A stretch of 64,000 bases of DNA from Acutalibacteraceae bacterium (lineage in GTDB: Bacteria; Bacillota; Clostridia; Oscillospirales; Acutalibacteraceae), in contig JAZRAA010000040.1 of the NCBI GenBank assembly GCA_045634325.1, forward strand, positions 33,002-97,001. Reading direction: 5' to 3'. The notes below the pieces were generated by a model, which did not search any database, was not told the DNA's origin, and saw only the letters and a program-made list of their open reading frames with translations. Numbering within the stretch: position 1 is the first letter of the stretch; each line of letters begins with the position of its first letter. Shown here one piece after another: positions 21,853 to 30,292 of the stretch. The position numbers and the translations under genes are program-made.

Positions 21853-22050
21853 TTATTTGTAGGGAATCATGCGCTTGACCTTCGCGACATTGGTTACGTC
21901 AGCGATAGCGGTCTGGCGAAGATTTCTTTTACGTTTGCTGGTTTTCTTGTTCAAGATGTGGGATTTGTAGGCGTGTGCGCGCACCACTTTGCCGGTTTTG
22001 GTCAGCTTAAAGCGTTTTTTCGCGCCACTGTGCGTTTTAATTTTAGGCAT
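21853..22050 (-). CDS. rpmI: 50S ribosomal protein L35
   Basis: 65 aa starting [21 protein letters not shown]. Confidence 0.98.
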   Translation of the reverse strand: MPKIKTHSGAKKRFKLTKTGKVVRAHAYKSHILNKKTSKRKRNLRQTAIADVTNVAKVKRMIPYK

Positions 22051-22079
22051 AGTTTATATCCTCCTTAAATCTTTGCTTT

Positions 22080-22598
22080 TTACTTTGCGGGCTTCGGTGC
22101 CAAGAACATCAACATTGTACGACCTTCGAGTTTTGCGGGCTTTTCAACCACGGCAAATTCCGCGCAAGCCTCTGCAAATCGTTTCATAGCGTCCAAACCG
22201 ATTTCGGGATGGCCCATTTCACGACCGCGGAAACGGATGGAAACCTTGACTTTATCACCCTGTTTGATGAAACGCTGTGCATGGTTAACCTTGGTGTTAA
22301 AATCACCGATATCGGTGTTCAAACCCAGACGCACCTCTTTCACGTCCACCACATGCTGGTTTTTCTTGGCTTCCTTTTCACGTTTTGCCTGCTCGAAACG
22401 ATATTTTCCGTAATCAGCGATACGGCAAACCGGCGGGTTAGCATTCGGAGAGATTTTAATCAAATCGAGTCCGCTGTCGTCAGCAAGTTTTTGCGCTTCT
22501 TTTGCGCTCATAATGCCGACCTGCTTTCCCTCCATGTCAATGACACGCACTTCGTTGTCACGGATTTGTTCGTTGACCTGCAGTTCTTTGATGGCTAT
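22080..22598 (-). CDS. infC: translation initiation factor IF-3 (non-AUG start, ATA)
   Basis: The track ORF starts at an internal Met and lacks the conserved N-terminus. Extending the frame gives (I)AIKELQVNEQIRDNEVRVIDMEG. The only SD-served codon is ATA at 22596-22598, with GGAGG at 22608-22612 and a 9-nt spacer. Confidence 0.85.
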   Translation of the reverse strand: MAIKELQVNEQIRDNEVRVIDMEGKQVGIMSAKEAQKLADDSGLDLIKISPNANPPVCRIADYGKYRFEQAKREKEAKKNQHVVDVKEVRLGLNTDIGDFNTKVNHAQRFIKQGDKVKVSIRFRGREMGHPEIGLDAMKRFAEACAEFAVVEKPAKLEGRTMLMFLAPKPAK

Positions 22599-22758
22599 GG
22601 ATAAGCACCTCCACCACTGTTTAACAGTGAAAAATCATAAAACGCGGGCAGCATACACTGCCCGCGTCAATACGCAACTATCCCTAAAAGGAAAAGGTAT
22701 CAGCCTGTCGGAACGCAATCCTGAGGCGAGAACGGGCAAACGTTCTGCTTTGTTTTAC
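22599..22758 (-). promoter_or_regulatory. infC-rpmI-rplT leader, probable L20-responsive attenuator (L20 leader type)
   Basis: About 160 nt of untranslated leader lies between a consensus promoter and the infC start. It contains a terminator hairpin about 45 nt before the start codon. Firmicutes regulate this operon through an L20-binding leader. Confidence 0.5.
22628..22666 (-). terminator. attenuator terminator inside the infC leader
   Basis: 9-bp perfect stem CGCGGGCAG/CTGCCCGCG (22643-22666) followed on the minus strand by TTTTATGATTTTT. Confidence 0.6.
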
Positions 22759-22764
22759 CGCGTT

Positions 22765-22793
22765 ATTATAACAGACTGTTTTTGGTTTGTCAA
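22765..22793 (-). promoter_or_regulatory. consensus sigma-A promoter for the infC operon (TTGACA-N17-TGtTATAAT)
   Basis: Minus strand has TTGACA (22788-22793), a 17-nt spacer and an extended -10 TGTTATAAT (TATAAT at 22765-22770). Confidence 0.65.
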
Positions 22794-22797
22794 GCAT

Positions 22798-23688
22798 TTA
22801 TTGTCCGGTTTTTTCAAGATATTCTTCCAGACACCATCCGTTGCTCATAATTTCCTTTGCAACTTCCTTGCCGACGTAGCGATAATGCCACGGTTCATAG
22901 ATAACACCGGTCACATCTTCTTTGCCTTTGGGGAACCGCAAAATAAAACCGTATTCCGCACAATGTTCATATAACCATTTAAACGATGCGGTGTTTTCAA
23001 AATCTTGGCTCAAAGAATAATTACCGCTGCCGCCAACATCTACAGCGAGTCCCGTACTGTGTTCACTTTGGCCGGGGCGTTTGACAACCGTGGCAGCTTT
23101 CACTTCGGCATCCGCTTGCCCATACCCTTTCTTTTTCCATTTATCCACTTCGTTCCAGTACAACGTCTTTTGTCTGGCAACAGATCGATAACAGGAAACC
23201 GCTTGTAAATTGAGCGACGGGTCGGCAGCATTGCCCGCTGCAATCATTTCACGCAACGCCTCCACTGCTCGACTGTCAAACAATGTCTTTGCATTACCGG
23301 GAATCAATTCAACAGCGGTAAAACTCGAATCATACTCTTCCGGCAACGTATTCCAATCGTTTGCCAATTTCAAATACCACACGGCATTCGCCGGTTGCAC
23401 ATATCTTCCCTCTGCGCTCAGCGTGGTAACGGTTAGCTTGGTGGTTGCGGCCGCTGTCGTTTGGGTTGTGGTGGCCGTGGTGGTCACGGCAGTTGCGGTA
23501 GTGGCAGTCGTGGTAGTAGCTGAAGTCGTGGTGACGGTAGTTTTAGAAGTTTCGTTTTCATGATACAGCGAAAACAATGCCGATACTACCAACACCAGCC
23601 CTACCAATAATAAGACGATTGCTAAAATCAACGCAATTTTTACCTGCTCCCTCGTAACCTTTTTACGGGGACGTCCATGCTTATCCAT
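22798..23688 (-). CDS. M15-family D-alanyl-D-alanine carboxypeptidase (VanY-like), membrane anchored
   Basis: N-terminal TM, a Thr-rich spacer, then VanY motifs SEHSTGLAVDV and EPWHYRYVG. 296 aa. Confidence 0.85.
   Translation of the reverse strand: MDKHGRPRKKVTREQVKIALILAIVLLLVGLVLVVSALFSLYHENETSKTTVTTTSATTTTATTATAVTTTATTTQTTAAATTKLTVTTLSAEGRYVQPANAVWYLKLANDWNTLPEEYDSSFTAVELIPGNAKTLFDSRAVEALREMIAAGNAADPSLNLQAVSCYRSVARQKTLYWNEVDKWKKKGYGQADAEVKAATVVKRPGQSEHSTGLAVDVGGSGNYSLSQDFENTASFKWLYEHCAEYGFILRFPKGKEDVTGVIYEPWHYRYVGKEVAKEIMSNGWCLEEYLEKTGQ
23422..23550 (-). repeat. Thr-rich low-complexity linker coding region (VanY-like protein)
   Basis: Codes TSKTTVTTTSATTTTATTATAVTTTATTTQTTAAATTKLTVTT using mixed ACN codons. 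Confidence 0.8.
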
Positions 23689-23721
23689 ATATACACATCC
23701 TATTTAAGTTGCATTTTCTAC

Positions 23722-23750
23722 AATATACCACAAATTCTATATATTTTCAA
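23722..23750 (-). promoter_or_regulatory. sigma-A promoter for the VanY-like gene (TTGAAA-N17-TGgTATATT)
   Basis: Minus strand has TTGAAA (23745-23750), a 17-nt spacer and TATATT (23722-23727) with an upstream TG. Confidence 0.5.
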
Positions 23751-23751
23751 G

Positions 23752-23793
23752 GGATACAAAAAGAAAATCGCCGCGTATAACGCAGCGATTTTC
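23752..23793 (-). terminator. terminator after the M23 peptidase gene
   Basis: Hairpin GAAAATCGCTGCG/CGCGGCGATTTTC (23763-23793, one mismatch) followed on the minus strand by TTTTCTTTTT. Confidence 0.6.
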
Positions 23794-23867
23794 TTTGCCC
23801 TTCTTGCCGAGCCGCTAAAAGCGGTTTCCGAGGGCGGGCACAAACAGTGTATGCACCCCTCACCGTT

Positions 23868-24569
23868 TTATTCCGACTTTTCGGGATATTTCACTTCTTT
23901 ATCAATGGTTTTGACAGGGTCGGCAAACGCATCGCTTACCGTCACTTCCAAATGCAAATGGCAACCGTCCGCACTTTCACACGGCACGCCGGACAATGTG
24001 CCGATTTTATCCGCCGCTTTCACCGTGTCCCCCGCTTTTACCGAAGCAGTGACACCGCAATACTTGGAATGCACGCCGAAACCATGGTCTACCACAATGC
24101 AACCACCCCACGCCGCATCCTCGGCAACGCTTTTAACCGTGCCGTCCGCAATCGCTTTCACCGTCATTCCCTCGTTGCCGCTGAAATCCGCACCGTTATG
24201 ACAGCGCCAATCCCCCATGGTAGCGGAATAAACAGGTGTCGATCCACTGTACGCTTTGGAAACGGCGTTAGAGCCGGGCAATACAAACAACGGTTCTGCC
24301 GCTTGTGTAGGTGCCACGGTGGTAACAGCAGTGGTGACTGCGGTTGTAGTGGTGCGGGTATCCGCTACGTTAGTGAGCGGCTCTACCACCTGCTGTCCCT
24401 GCGTTTGTTCGGTTTTACCGTCCTGTTCGTTTTTGGCAAGGCCATTCACATCGAGGAACATAGCAAACGCCACACCGCCTACCACCAACAGACAAACCGC
24501 CAATACCGCAAAAAATCCTCTGCCGGATATAAATTTTTTAAATTTTGAAGGTTTTCGTATTGTTGACAT
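23868..24569 (-). CDS. M23-family (LytM-type) metallopeptidase, membrane anchored
   Basis: TM (FFAVLAVCLLVVGGVAFAMF), a Thr-rich linker, and M23 motifs HNGADF and GCHLHLEV. Start trimmed to ATG 24567-24569, the only candidate with an SD (AGGAAG). Confidence 0.85.
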   Translation of the reverse strand: MSTIRKPSKFKKFISGRGFFAVLAVCLLVVGGVAFAMFLDVNGLAKNEQDGKTEQTQGQQVVEPLTNVADTRTTTTAVTTAVTTVAPTQAAEPLFVLPGSNAVSKAYSGSTPVYSATMGDWRCHNGADFSGNEGMTVKAIADGTVKSVAEDAAWGGCIVVDHGFGVHSKYCGVTASVKAGDTVKAADKIGTLSGVPCESADGCHLHLEVTVSDAFADPVKTIDKEVKYPEKSE

Positions 24570-24709
24570 ATCATTTCTTCCTTTCCGAAAAATATCCGCA
24601 TTCATAGTGTGAACGGATTTGTACGTTTTATGCCAAAAAATAAATGTATACAAATCCACAAAGGTGTGTTATACTATATTTCGACATTTGATGAAGGCAG
24701 GTGTATACT

Positions 24710-25189
24710 ATGTCTGTAGGGTTCCCTCTATATATCGATTTAGAAGACAATAATTGCACCATTTTCGGCGGTGATGAAACGGCTTTTGAAGCCGCTTGTA
24801 CCCTGCGTCGTTTTGGCGCAAAGGTCACCATTATCAATCCGACTGCCTGTGAAAAATTACTGCAAATGGAACAAGACGGTGAAATTCGCTATCTGCGCCG
24901 CAGGTATTTCCGTGGCGACTGCTCCTCCGCACGTCTTTGCTGTGCATTCACCGATGATGCCGCTATGAATATTGCCATTTCAGACGAATGCAAAAACAAA
25001 TCCGTTCCGGTTGCAGTAAATAAGCCTGCGGGATTTGGTACGTTCCAACTGCCGCATGCCGCCATCGAGCAAGACACGGTGATTGCCGTGTCGGGAGACA
25101 GTGCGCCGGATTGTCAGCAATACATCACCGCTCGTTTGCAATCGCTTTTGCCGCTCCTTTTAGAAGAATATGAGAAGGCGAAAAAATGA
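24710..25189 (+). CDS. SirC/CysG-N-like precorrin-2 dehydrogenase family protein (orphan, degenerate NAD motif)
   Basis: About 160 aa starting FPLYIDLEDNNCTIFGGDETAFEAACTLRRFGAKVTIINP, which resembles the siroheme synthase N-terminal Rossmann domain. The ATG at 24710 is preferred to the GTG at 24701. Confidence 0.55.
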   Translation: MSVGFPLYIDLEDNNCTIFGGDETAFEAACTLRRFGAKVTIINPTACEKLLQMEQDGEIRYLRRRYFRGDCSSARLCCAFTDDAAMNIAISDECKNKSVPVAVNKPAGFGTFQLPHAAIEQDTVIAVSGDSAPDCQQYITARLQSLLPLLLEEYEKAKK

Positions 25190-25196
25190 GACTTTT

Positions 25197-25232
25197 AAAA
25201 AGCCGTTCTTCATTCGAAGAACGGCTTTTTGG
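25197..25232. terminator. bidirectional rho-independent terminator
   Basis: Perfect 11-bp stem AGCCGTTCTTC/GAAGAACGGCT (25201-25226) with A/T runs on both sides. It serves the SirC-like gene (+) and the Gln/Asn micro-ORF (-). Confidence 0.8.
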
Positions 25233-25242
25233 TTGCGAATAA

Positions 25243-25389
25243 TCAGATGCGATTTTGCTGATCAAAACGATTCTGTTTGTTTTGGCTGTTCTGATTATTT
25301 TGTTTATTCTGATTGTTTTGCTTGTTCTGATTGTTCTGCTGCTTCTGATTGTTCTGCTGATTCTGATTGTTCTGACGATTTTCCTGCAT
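25243..25389 (-). CDS. hypothetical 48-aa Gln/Asn-rich micro-protein
   Basis: Not in the ORF track. ATG 25387-25389 has an AGAGGT SD at 25398-25403 (8-nt spacer), and the TGA at 25243-25245 lies about 15 nt before the bidirectional terminator. Translation is MQENRQNNQNQQNNQKQQNNQNKQNNQNKQNNQNSQNKQNRFDQQNRI. Confidence 0.45.
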   Translation of the reverse strand: MQENRQNNQNQQNNQKQQNNQNKQNNQNKQNNQNSQNKQNRFDQQNRI

Positions 25390-25514
25390 GATACTTTACC
25401 TCTTTTCCGCCTTAAACTTTAGGTGCGGCAAGCAAACAGTATTTGCTTGCCGTCCCATACGTAGTGTTACCAACGGCATGTTTGTTATACGCCACAACCA
25501 AAAAGAAAAAAATA

Positions 25515-25543
25515 CTTGCAATTTTAAAGAATATATGGTAATA
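25515..25543 (+). promoter_or_regulatory. sigma-A promoter for rimP-nusA-infB operon (TTGCAA-N17-TGgTAATAT)
   Basis: TTGCAA at 25515-25520, a 17-nt spacer and an extended -10 TGGTAATAT (TAATAT at 25538-25543). Confidence 0.6.
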
Positions 25544-25570
25544 TTACTTTAAAGTAAAGATTGTATGTAA

Positions 25571-25602
25571 AGGAGTGGGGCGACCCGCTCTTTTGTATTG
25601 TT
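25571..25602 (+). terminator. weak terminator-like hairpin in the rimP-nusA leader (candidate attenuator)
   Basis: GAGUGGG-GCGA-CCCGCUC (25573-25590; 7 bp including one G-U, extendable by 2 bp) followed by UUUUGUAUUGUU. It lies between the promoter and the rimP ATG at 25621. Confidence 0.45.
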
Positions 25603-25620
25603 GAGGTGAATTTAAAAAAC

Positions 25621-26133
25621 ATGGCAAAAAAACGAACAGGCGGTGCTGGTAATACCGCCGACATTGTACGCCGTCTGGCAGAGCCTATCGCAGAACAAGC
25701 GGGTGTGTTCATTTGGGATGTCCGTTTTGTGAAAGAAGGCGCCGATTGGTACTTGCGGGTGTTCATCGACCGTCAAGAAAATGGCGTTACTATCGAAGAT
25801 TGCGTGGCAGTGTCCCGCAAACTCAGCGATGTATTGGATGAGAAAGATCCCATTGCACAATCCTATTGTTTAGAAGTCAGTTCACCCGGTATTGAGCGGG
25901 AACTGACCCGCCCCGAACATTTTGAAATGTTCACCGGTGCCGCCGTGGTGGTGCGCTTATATCAAGCGTTAAACGGAGAAAAAGAATTTGCAGGTATTCT
26001 GCAAGCACCGACCGAAGAAAACAAAGTGGTGCTCATCGACATTGATGACAACACGTTGGAATTTGACCGTAAAGAAATCGCCGCCGTACACGTTTTGGAA
26101 GAAGAATACGATACGGCAGACGATGCACAATAA
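25621..26133 (+). CDS. rimP: ribosome maturation factor RimP
   Basis: DWYLRVFID...LEVSSPGIEREL motifs. Start trimmed to ATG 25621, since the TTG at 25561 lies inside the leader. Confidence 0.9.
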   Translation: MAKKRTGGAGNTADIVRRLAEPIAEQAGVFIWDVRFVKEGADWYLRVFIDRQENGVTIEDCVAVSRKLSDVLDEKDPIAQSYCLEVSSPGIERELTRPEHFEMFTGAAVVVRLYQALNGEKEFAGILQAPTEENKVVLIDIDDNTLEFDRKEIAAVHVLEEEYDTADDAQ

Positions 26134-26162
26134 ATGAAAAGTCATAAACGGAGGGTTATCTC

Positions 26163-27236
26163 ATGACAAAGAAAGAAACAACCGAGTTCTTTGAAGCACT
26201 CAAAATGCTCGAAATCGAAAAAGGCATTTCCGGCGAATACTTGATGGAAAAAATTCGCACCGCCATCGTCAGTGCGGTCAACAAAGATTATGATACCAAA
26301 GACAACGTCACGGTAATCATGGATCCTGTTGCCAATGCTTTCAAAGTTTCCATCCGCAAGGAAATCGTGGAAGAAATCACCGACCCGAAAACCGAAATTC
26401 TGCCGGAAGCGGCGGGTAAATATACCAGAAAACCCGTTGTAGGCAATTTCGTGGAAATTCCGCTCGAACCCAAGCAGTTCGGCCGTGTGGCTGCGCAAGC
26501 GGCAAAACATACTATCCATCAAGGCATCCGCGAAGCAGAAAAAAGTCAACAGATGGAAGAGTTCCAGCGTTGTAATCAAGAATTGGTTACCGCACTTGTC
26601 CGTCGCGTTGATCCCCGTACCGGTGCTGTTACCGTGGAATTCGGCAAAGGCGAATCGGTGTTGCCCAAAACCGAGCAAATCGGCGACGAAGTCATCACCG
26701 AAGGCAGCCGTATCAAAGTGTATATCGTTGACGTGAAAAACAACGAAGGCGACCCGCGCGCACTCATTTCCCGCACCCATCCCGGTCTTGTCAAAAGATT
26801 GTTCGAAATGGAAGTGCCGGAAATCTTTAACGGCGTGGTAGAGGTGAAAGCGATTTCCCGTGAAGCAGGTTCTCGCACCAAAATCGCCGTGGTTTCCCAC
26901 GACGAAAACGTCAACCCCATCAGCGCTTGTATCGGCGTGCGCGGTGCGCGTATTGCCGGCATCGTTGAAGAATTGGGCGGTGAAAAAATCGACGTCATCG
27001 AATACAGCGAAGACCCCACCGTATTCATCGCCGCCGCATTGTCCCCCGCCAAAGTGTTGTCGGTGGAAGTTGACCCCAATGGCGAAAAAGCCTGCCGTGC
27101 CACCGTGCCGGACGGTCAATTGTCCCTCGCTATCGGTAATAAAGGTCAAAACGCTCGCTTGGCGGCACGCTTGACCGGCTGGAAAATTGATATCCGCCCC
27201 GAAAGCGGTTTCTACGGCGAGGATACCGCCGACTAA
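26163..27236 (+). CDS. nusA: transcription termination/antitermination factor NusA
   Basis: 357 aa with an N-terminal domain, an S1 domain and two KH domains (GNKGQNARLAARLTGWKIDI). GGAGGG SD. Confidence 0.97.
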   Translation: MTKKETTEFFEALKMLEIEKGISGEYLMEKIRTAIVSAVNKDYDTKDNVTVIMDPVANAFKVSIRKEIVEEITDPKTEILPEAAGKYTRKPVVGNFVEIPLEPKQFGRVAAQAAKHTIHQGIREAEKSQQMEEFQRCNQELVTALVRRVDPRTGAVTVEFGKGESVLPKTEQIGDEVITEGSRIKVYIVDVKNNEGDPRALISRTHPGLVKRLFEMEVPEIFNGVVEVKAISREAGSRTKIAVVSHDENVNPISACIGVRGARIAGIVEELGGEKIDVIEYSEDPTVFIAAALSPAKVLSVEVDPNGEKACRATVPDGQLSLAIGNKGQNARLAARLTGWKIDIRPESGFYGEDTAD

Positions 27237-27265
27237 TCCATCTCAAACGGAAAGGAGAAAACGCT

Positions 27266-27538
27266 ATGCCCGAAAAGAAAATTCCGCAACGGCGTTGTGT
27301 GGGTTGTAACGAGCATAAACCCAAACGTGATTTAATCCGTGTAGTGCGCACCGAAAACGATGGCTTCGCCATTGATTTGACCGGCAAGAAAAACGGGCGC
27401 GGCGCATATATTTGCAACAGCCTTGCCTGTCTGCAAGCTGCACACAAGAAACACGCGTTAGAGCGTTCTTTCTCCTGCAAGATTCCGGAAGAAATCTACG
27501 CCCGCTTAGAGGAGGAATTATTGCAAGGTGAACAGTAA
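27266..27538 (+). CDS. ylxR: YlxR/RnpM family (DUF448) RNA-binding protein
   Basis: 90 aa with the RRCVGC...GRGAY signature. It holds the canonical position between nusA and infB. Confidence 0.9.
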   Translation: MPEKKIPQRRCVGCNEHKPKRDLIRVVRTENDGFAIDLTGKKNGRGAYICNSLACLQAAHKKHALERSFSCKIPEEIYARLEEELLQGEQ

Positions 27539-27860
27539 ATTGCTGGGCACGCTCGGTATTTGCCGTCGCGCAGGTCATCTGATACTCGGTTTTGACGCCG
27601 TGTGCGATTTAATGAAACAGCGCCGTGCAAAATGCGTGTTAACCGCCGCCGACCTGTCCGAAAAAACAAAAAAAGAACTGCTGTTTGCAGGTAAAGAACA
27701 ACATACCTTGCTGTATGACCTGCCCTATGACAAAGCGACCATATCCATCGCTTTGGGTTTACAAAAACCGGTGGGCGTGATTGCCACCGATGATGAAGGC
27801 TTTGCGAAAGCCATCGCAAAACATATCCCTGCCGAAATAAAGGAGGACGATGCCCTATGA
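27528..27860 (+). CDS. L7Ae-family ribosomal-protein-like protein YlxQ
   Basis: 110 aa starting [20 protein letters not shown] start, and the stop overlaps the infB ATG (ATGA). Confidence 0.8.
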   Translation: MNSKLLGTLGICRRAGHLILGFDAVCDLMKQRRAKCVLTAADLSEKTKKELLFAGKEQHTLLYDLPYDKATISIALGLQKPVGVIATDDEGFAKAIAKHIPAEIKEDDAL

Positions 27861-30292
27861 TGATAAAATATCGTGTCAGTGATGTTGCCAAAGATTTTGG
27901 CGTCCCTGCAAAAGAAATTATTGAATTGCTTTCTAAATATTTTGAACCCGCGAAAAAAAGCGCAACCGCATTAGAAGAAAACGAACTGGATATCATTTTT
28001 GAACACTATACTCAAAAGTTCGCGGTAAGCAATTTCGACGCATACTTTGCCACCGCCGCCGAGCGTCCGGCAAAAGTGAAAGAAAAGCCCGTCGAACAGC
28101 CCAAGGAAGAAAAGAAACCTGCTGTTCAAAAGGCTGAAAAACCCGCTGCGCAAAAAGCGGAGAAACCTGCCGCAACAAAAGCAGAAAAACCTGTTCAAAA
28201 AGCACCGCAAAAGGCTGAAAAGCCGGCCGAAAAACCGGCAAAAGATACCGGTCCCGCCGTGGTGATTCCGCCGATGCAGAAAAAGAAAAAACAGCCCGCT
28301 CAGAAAATCGAACGCGGTCCGATTGAACGTCGTGTAGTGGATACCCGCACCGTGCAAGTGGACGTGGGTAAATACGACGAGAAATTTGACGTGATGGCGC
28401 AAACCAACAGCCATCGTGGCAATGAAAATGCCGTCCGCAAACAAAAAATCAATCAAAAATCACAACAATATCGCAAACCGCAACGCCGTCGTGAGACCGA
28501 GGCGGAACGTTTGAAACGTATTGAAGCTGAGCGCAAGAAAAAGCAAATGACCATTTCGGTTGGCGAAACTATCACGGTAGGCGAATTTGCTTCCCGTTTG
28601 AAAGCTACCGCCGCTGAAGTTATCAAAGCCTTGATGAAACTGGGCGTAATGGCTTCTGTCAATGAAGAAATCGACTTCGACACCGCCTATTTGGTTGCAG
28701 AAGAATTCCACGCACACGTTGAACGTGAAGTGGTGGTTACCATCGAAGAACAAATCATCGACGACAGCGAAGACGATACCGAAAACCTCCGTCCCCGTGA
28801 TCCCGTTGTGGTGGTTATGGGTCACGTTGACCACGGTAAAACCTCCATTTTGGATGCTATCCGTCAAACCAACGTCACCTCGGGTGAAGCAGGCGGTATT
28901 ACCCAGCACATTGGTGCATACCGTGTTAACTGCGACGGCAATAATATCACCTTCCTGGACACCCCCGGCCACGCCGCATTTACCTCTATGCGTGCCCGCG
29001 GTGCGCAGGTAACCGACATCGCCATTCTGGTGGTGGCTGCGGATGACGGCATTATGCCCCAAACCATTGAGGCTATCAGCCATGCGAAAGCGGCCGGTGT
29101 TTCCATCATCGTTGCTATCAACAAAATGGATAAACCCGAAGCCAACCCCGACCGCGTGATGCAACAGCTCACCGAACACGAATTGGTGCCGGAAGAATGG
29201 GGTGGCGACGTGATTTGCGTGCCGGTGTCTGCAAAAACCGGCATGAACATCGACAAATTGCTCGAAACCGTTCTGCTGATTGCAGAAGTGCAAGAATATA
29301 AAGCCAACCCCGACCGTGCCGCAAAAGGTACTGTCATCGAATCCCGTCTGGATAAAGGCCGTGGCCCGCTCGCAACCGTGTTGGTGCAAAACGGTACCCT
29401 GCACGCAGGCGATATCGTGGTGGCGGGTTCCAGCGTTGGTCGCGTCCGTGCAATGACCGACGAAAACGGTCGTTCTTTGCAGATTGCAGGTCCTTCCGTT
29501 CCTGTGGAAATCATGGGTCTGGACAGCGTACCCGCTTCCGGCGATATGTTCAACGCCGTTACCGACGAACGTCTCGCACGTCAGTTGGTGGAGCAGCGTA
29601 AGACTGCCGCTAAAGAAGAACGCTTTAACGAATATCAGAAAGTTACCCTTGAAAACGTATTTGACCAGATGCAAGCGGGCGATATGAAAACCCTCAACGT
29701 CATCGTCAAAGCAGACGTACAAGGCTCTGTCGAAGCTGTTAAACAGTCGCTGGAAAAACTGTCCAACGAAGAAGTGCGTGTGCGTGTTATCCACGGTGCC
29801 GTCGGCGGTGTTACCGAAAACGACGTGATGCTGGCTTCTGCTTCGGAGGCTATCATCGTTGGCTTCAACGTGCGTCCCGACCCGCTTGCACAGGTCGCCG
29901 CCGAGCAAAACGAAGTGGATATGCGTATGTACCGCATCATCTACGATTGCATCGAGGAAATCGAATCTGCCATGAAAGGCAAGATGGCGCCCAAAACCCG
30001 CGAAGTGTTGCACGGTCGTGCGGAAGTCCGCCAGGTATACCGCATCACCGGTGTGGGTCTGGTTGCCGGTTGCTATGTCTTGGACGGCAAAGTATACCGC
30101 AATGATTTGTTGCGTATTGTGCGCGATAACATCATCATCGGTGACGACAAAATGATTTCGCTCAAACGCTTTAAAGATGACCAAAAGGAAGTTGCTCAAG
30201 GATATGAATGTGGTATCGGTCTGGAGAAATTCACCGACATCAAAGAGGGCGACATCTATGAAACCTATATCATTGAGGAGTATAGAGACTAA
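27857..30292 (+). CDS. infB: translation initiation factor IF-2
   Basis: 811 aa with G motifs [14 protein letters not shown] and NKMD, plus a repetitive Lys/Pro/Ala/Glu N-terminal region. Confidence 0.98.
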   Translation: MMIKYRVSDVAKDFGVPAKEIIELLSKYFEPAKKSATALEENELDIIFEHYTQKFAVSNFDAYFATAAERPAKVKEKPVEQPKEEKKPAVQKAEKPAAQKAEKPAATKAEKPVQKAPQKAEKPAEKPAKDTGPAVVIPPMQKKKKQPAQKIERGPIERRVVDTRTVQVDVGKYDEKFDVMAQTNSHRGNENAVRKQKINQKSQQYRKPQRRRETEAERLKRIEAERKKKQMTISVGETITVGEFASRLKATAAEVIKALMKLGVMASVNEEIDFDTAYLVAEEFHAHVEREVVVTIEEQIIDDSEDDTENLRPRDPVVVVMGHVDHGKTSILDAIRQTNVTSGEAGGITQHIGAYRVNCDGNNITFLDTPGHAAFTSMRARGAQVTDIAILVVAADDGIMPQTIEAISHAKAAGVSIIVAINKMDKPEANPDRVMQQLTEHELVPEEWGGDVICVPVSAKTGMNIDKLLETVLLIAEVQEYKANPDRAAKGTVIESRLDKGRGPLATVLVQNGTLHAGDIVVAGSSVGRVRAMTDENGRSLQIAGPSVPVEIMGLDSVPASGDMFNAVTDERLARQLVEQRKTAAKEERFNEYQKVTLENVFDQMQAGDMKTLNVIVKADVQGSVEAVKQSLEKLSNEEVRVRVIHGAVGGVTENDVMLASASEAIIVGFNVRPDPLAQVAAEQNEVDMRMYRIIYDCIEEIESAMKGKMAPKTREVLHGRAEVRQVYRITGVGLVAGCYVLDGKVYRNDLLRIVRDNIIIGDDKMISLKRFKDDQKEVAQGYECGIGLEKFTDIKEGDIYETYIIEEYRD
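28115..28243 (+). repeat. imperfect tandem 24-nt (8-aa) repeats in the IF-2 N-terminal linker
   Basis: Codes [43 protein letters not shown]. Confidence 0.8.

Noticed and set aside
22628-22666. Alternative reading of the 22643-22666 hairpin as the terminator of the VanY-like gene rather than an infC leader attenuator.
   Set aside because: It lies about 130 nt downstream of the VanY stop and downstream of a consensus promoter (22765-22793) that would fire through it, so the attenuator interpretation is more economical. It may nevertheless also stop read-through from VanY.
25261-25380. Short direct repeats (ctgattgttctg and variants) considered as a CRISPR array or minisatellite.
   Set aside because: The units are 12-15 nt, contiguous and degenerate, with no unique spacers and no cas genes. 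They are better explained as codon-level repetition within the Q/N-rich ORF.
25170-25391. 73-aa plus-strand ORF (Cys/Ser/Asp-rich) listed in the track.
   Set aside because: It starts inside the SirC-like gene, reads straight through the perfect terminator hairpin at 25201-25226 and lacks an SD. It is the mirror image of the minus-strand Gln/Asn micro-ORF, which does have an SD and a terminator.
25426-25452. 11-bp perfect hairpin CGGCAAGCAAA/TTTGCTTGCCG considered as a terminator.
   Set aside because: There is no U-tract on either strand and no upstream gene that it could terminate. It is kept only as a possible 5'-UTR structure of the Q/N micro-ORF.
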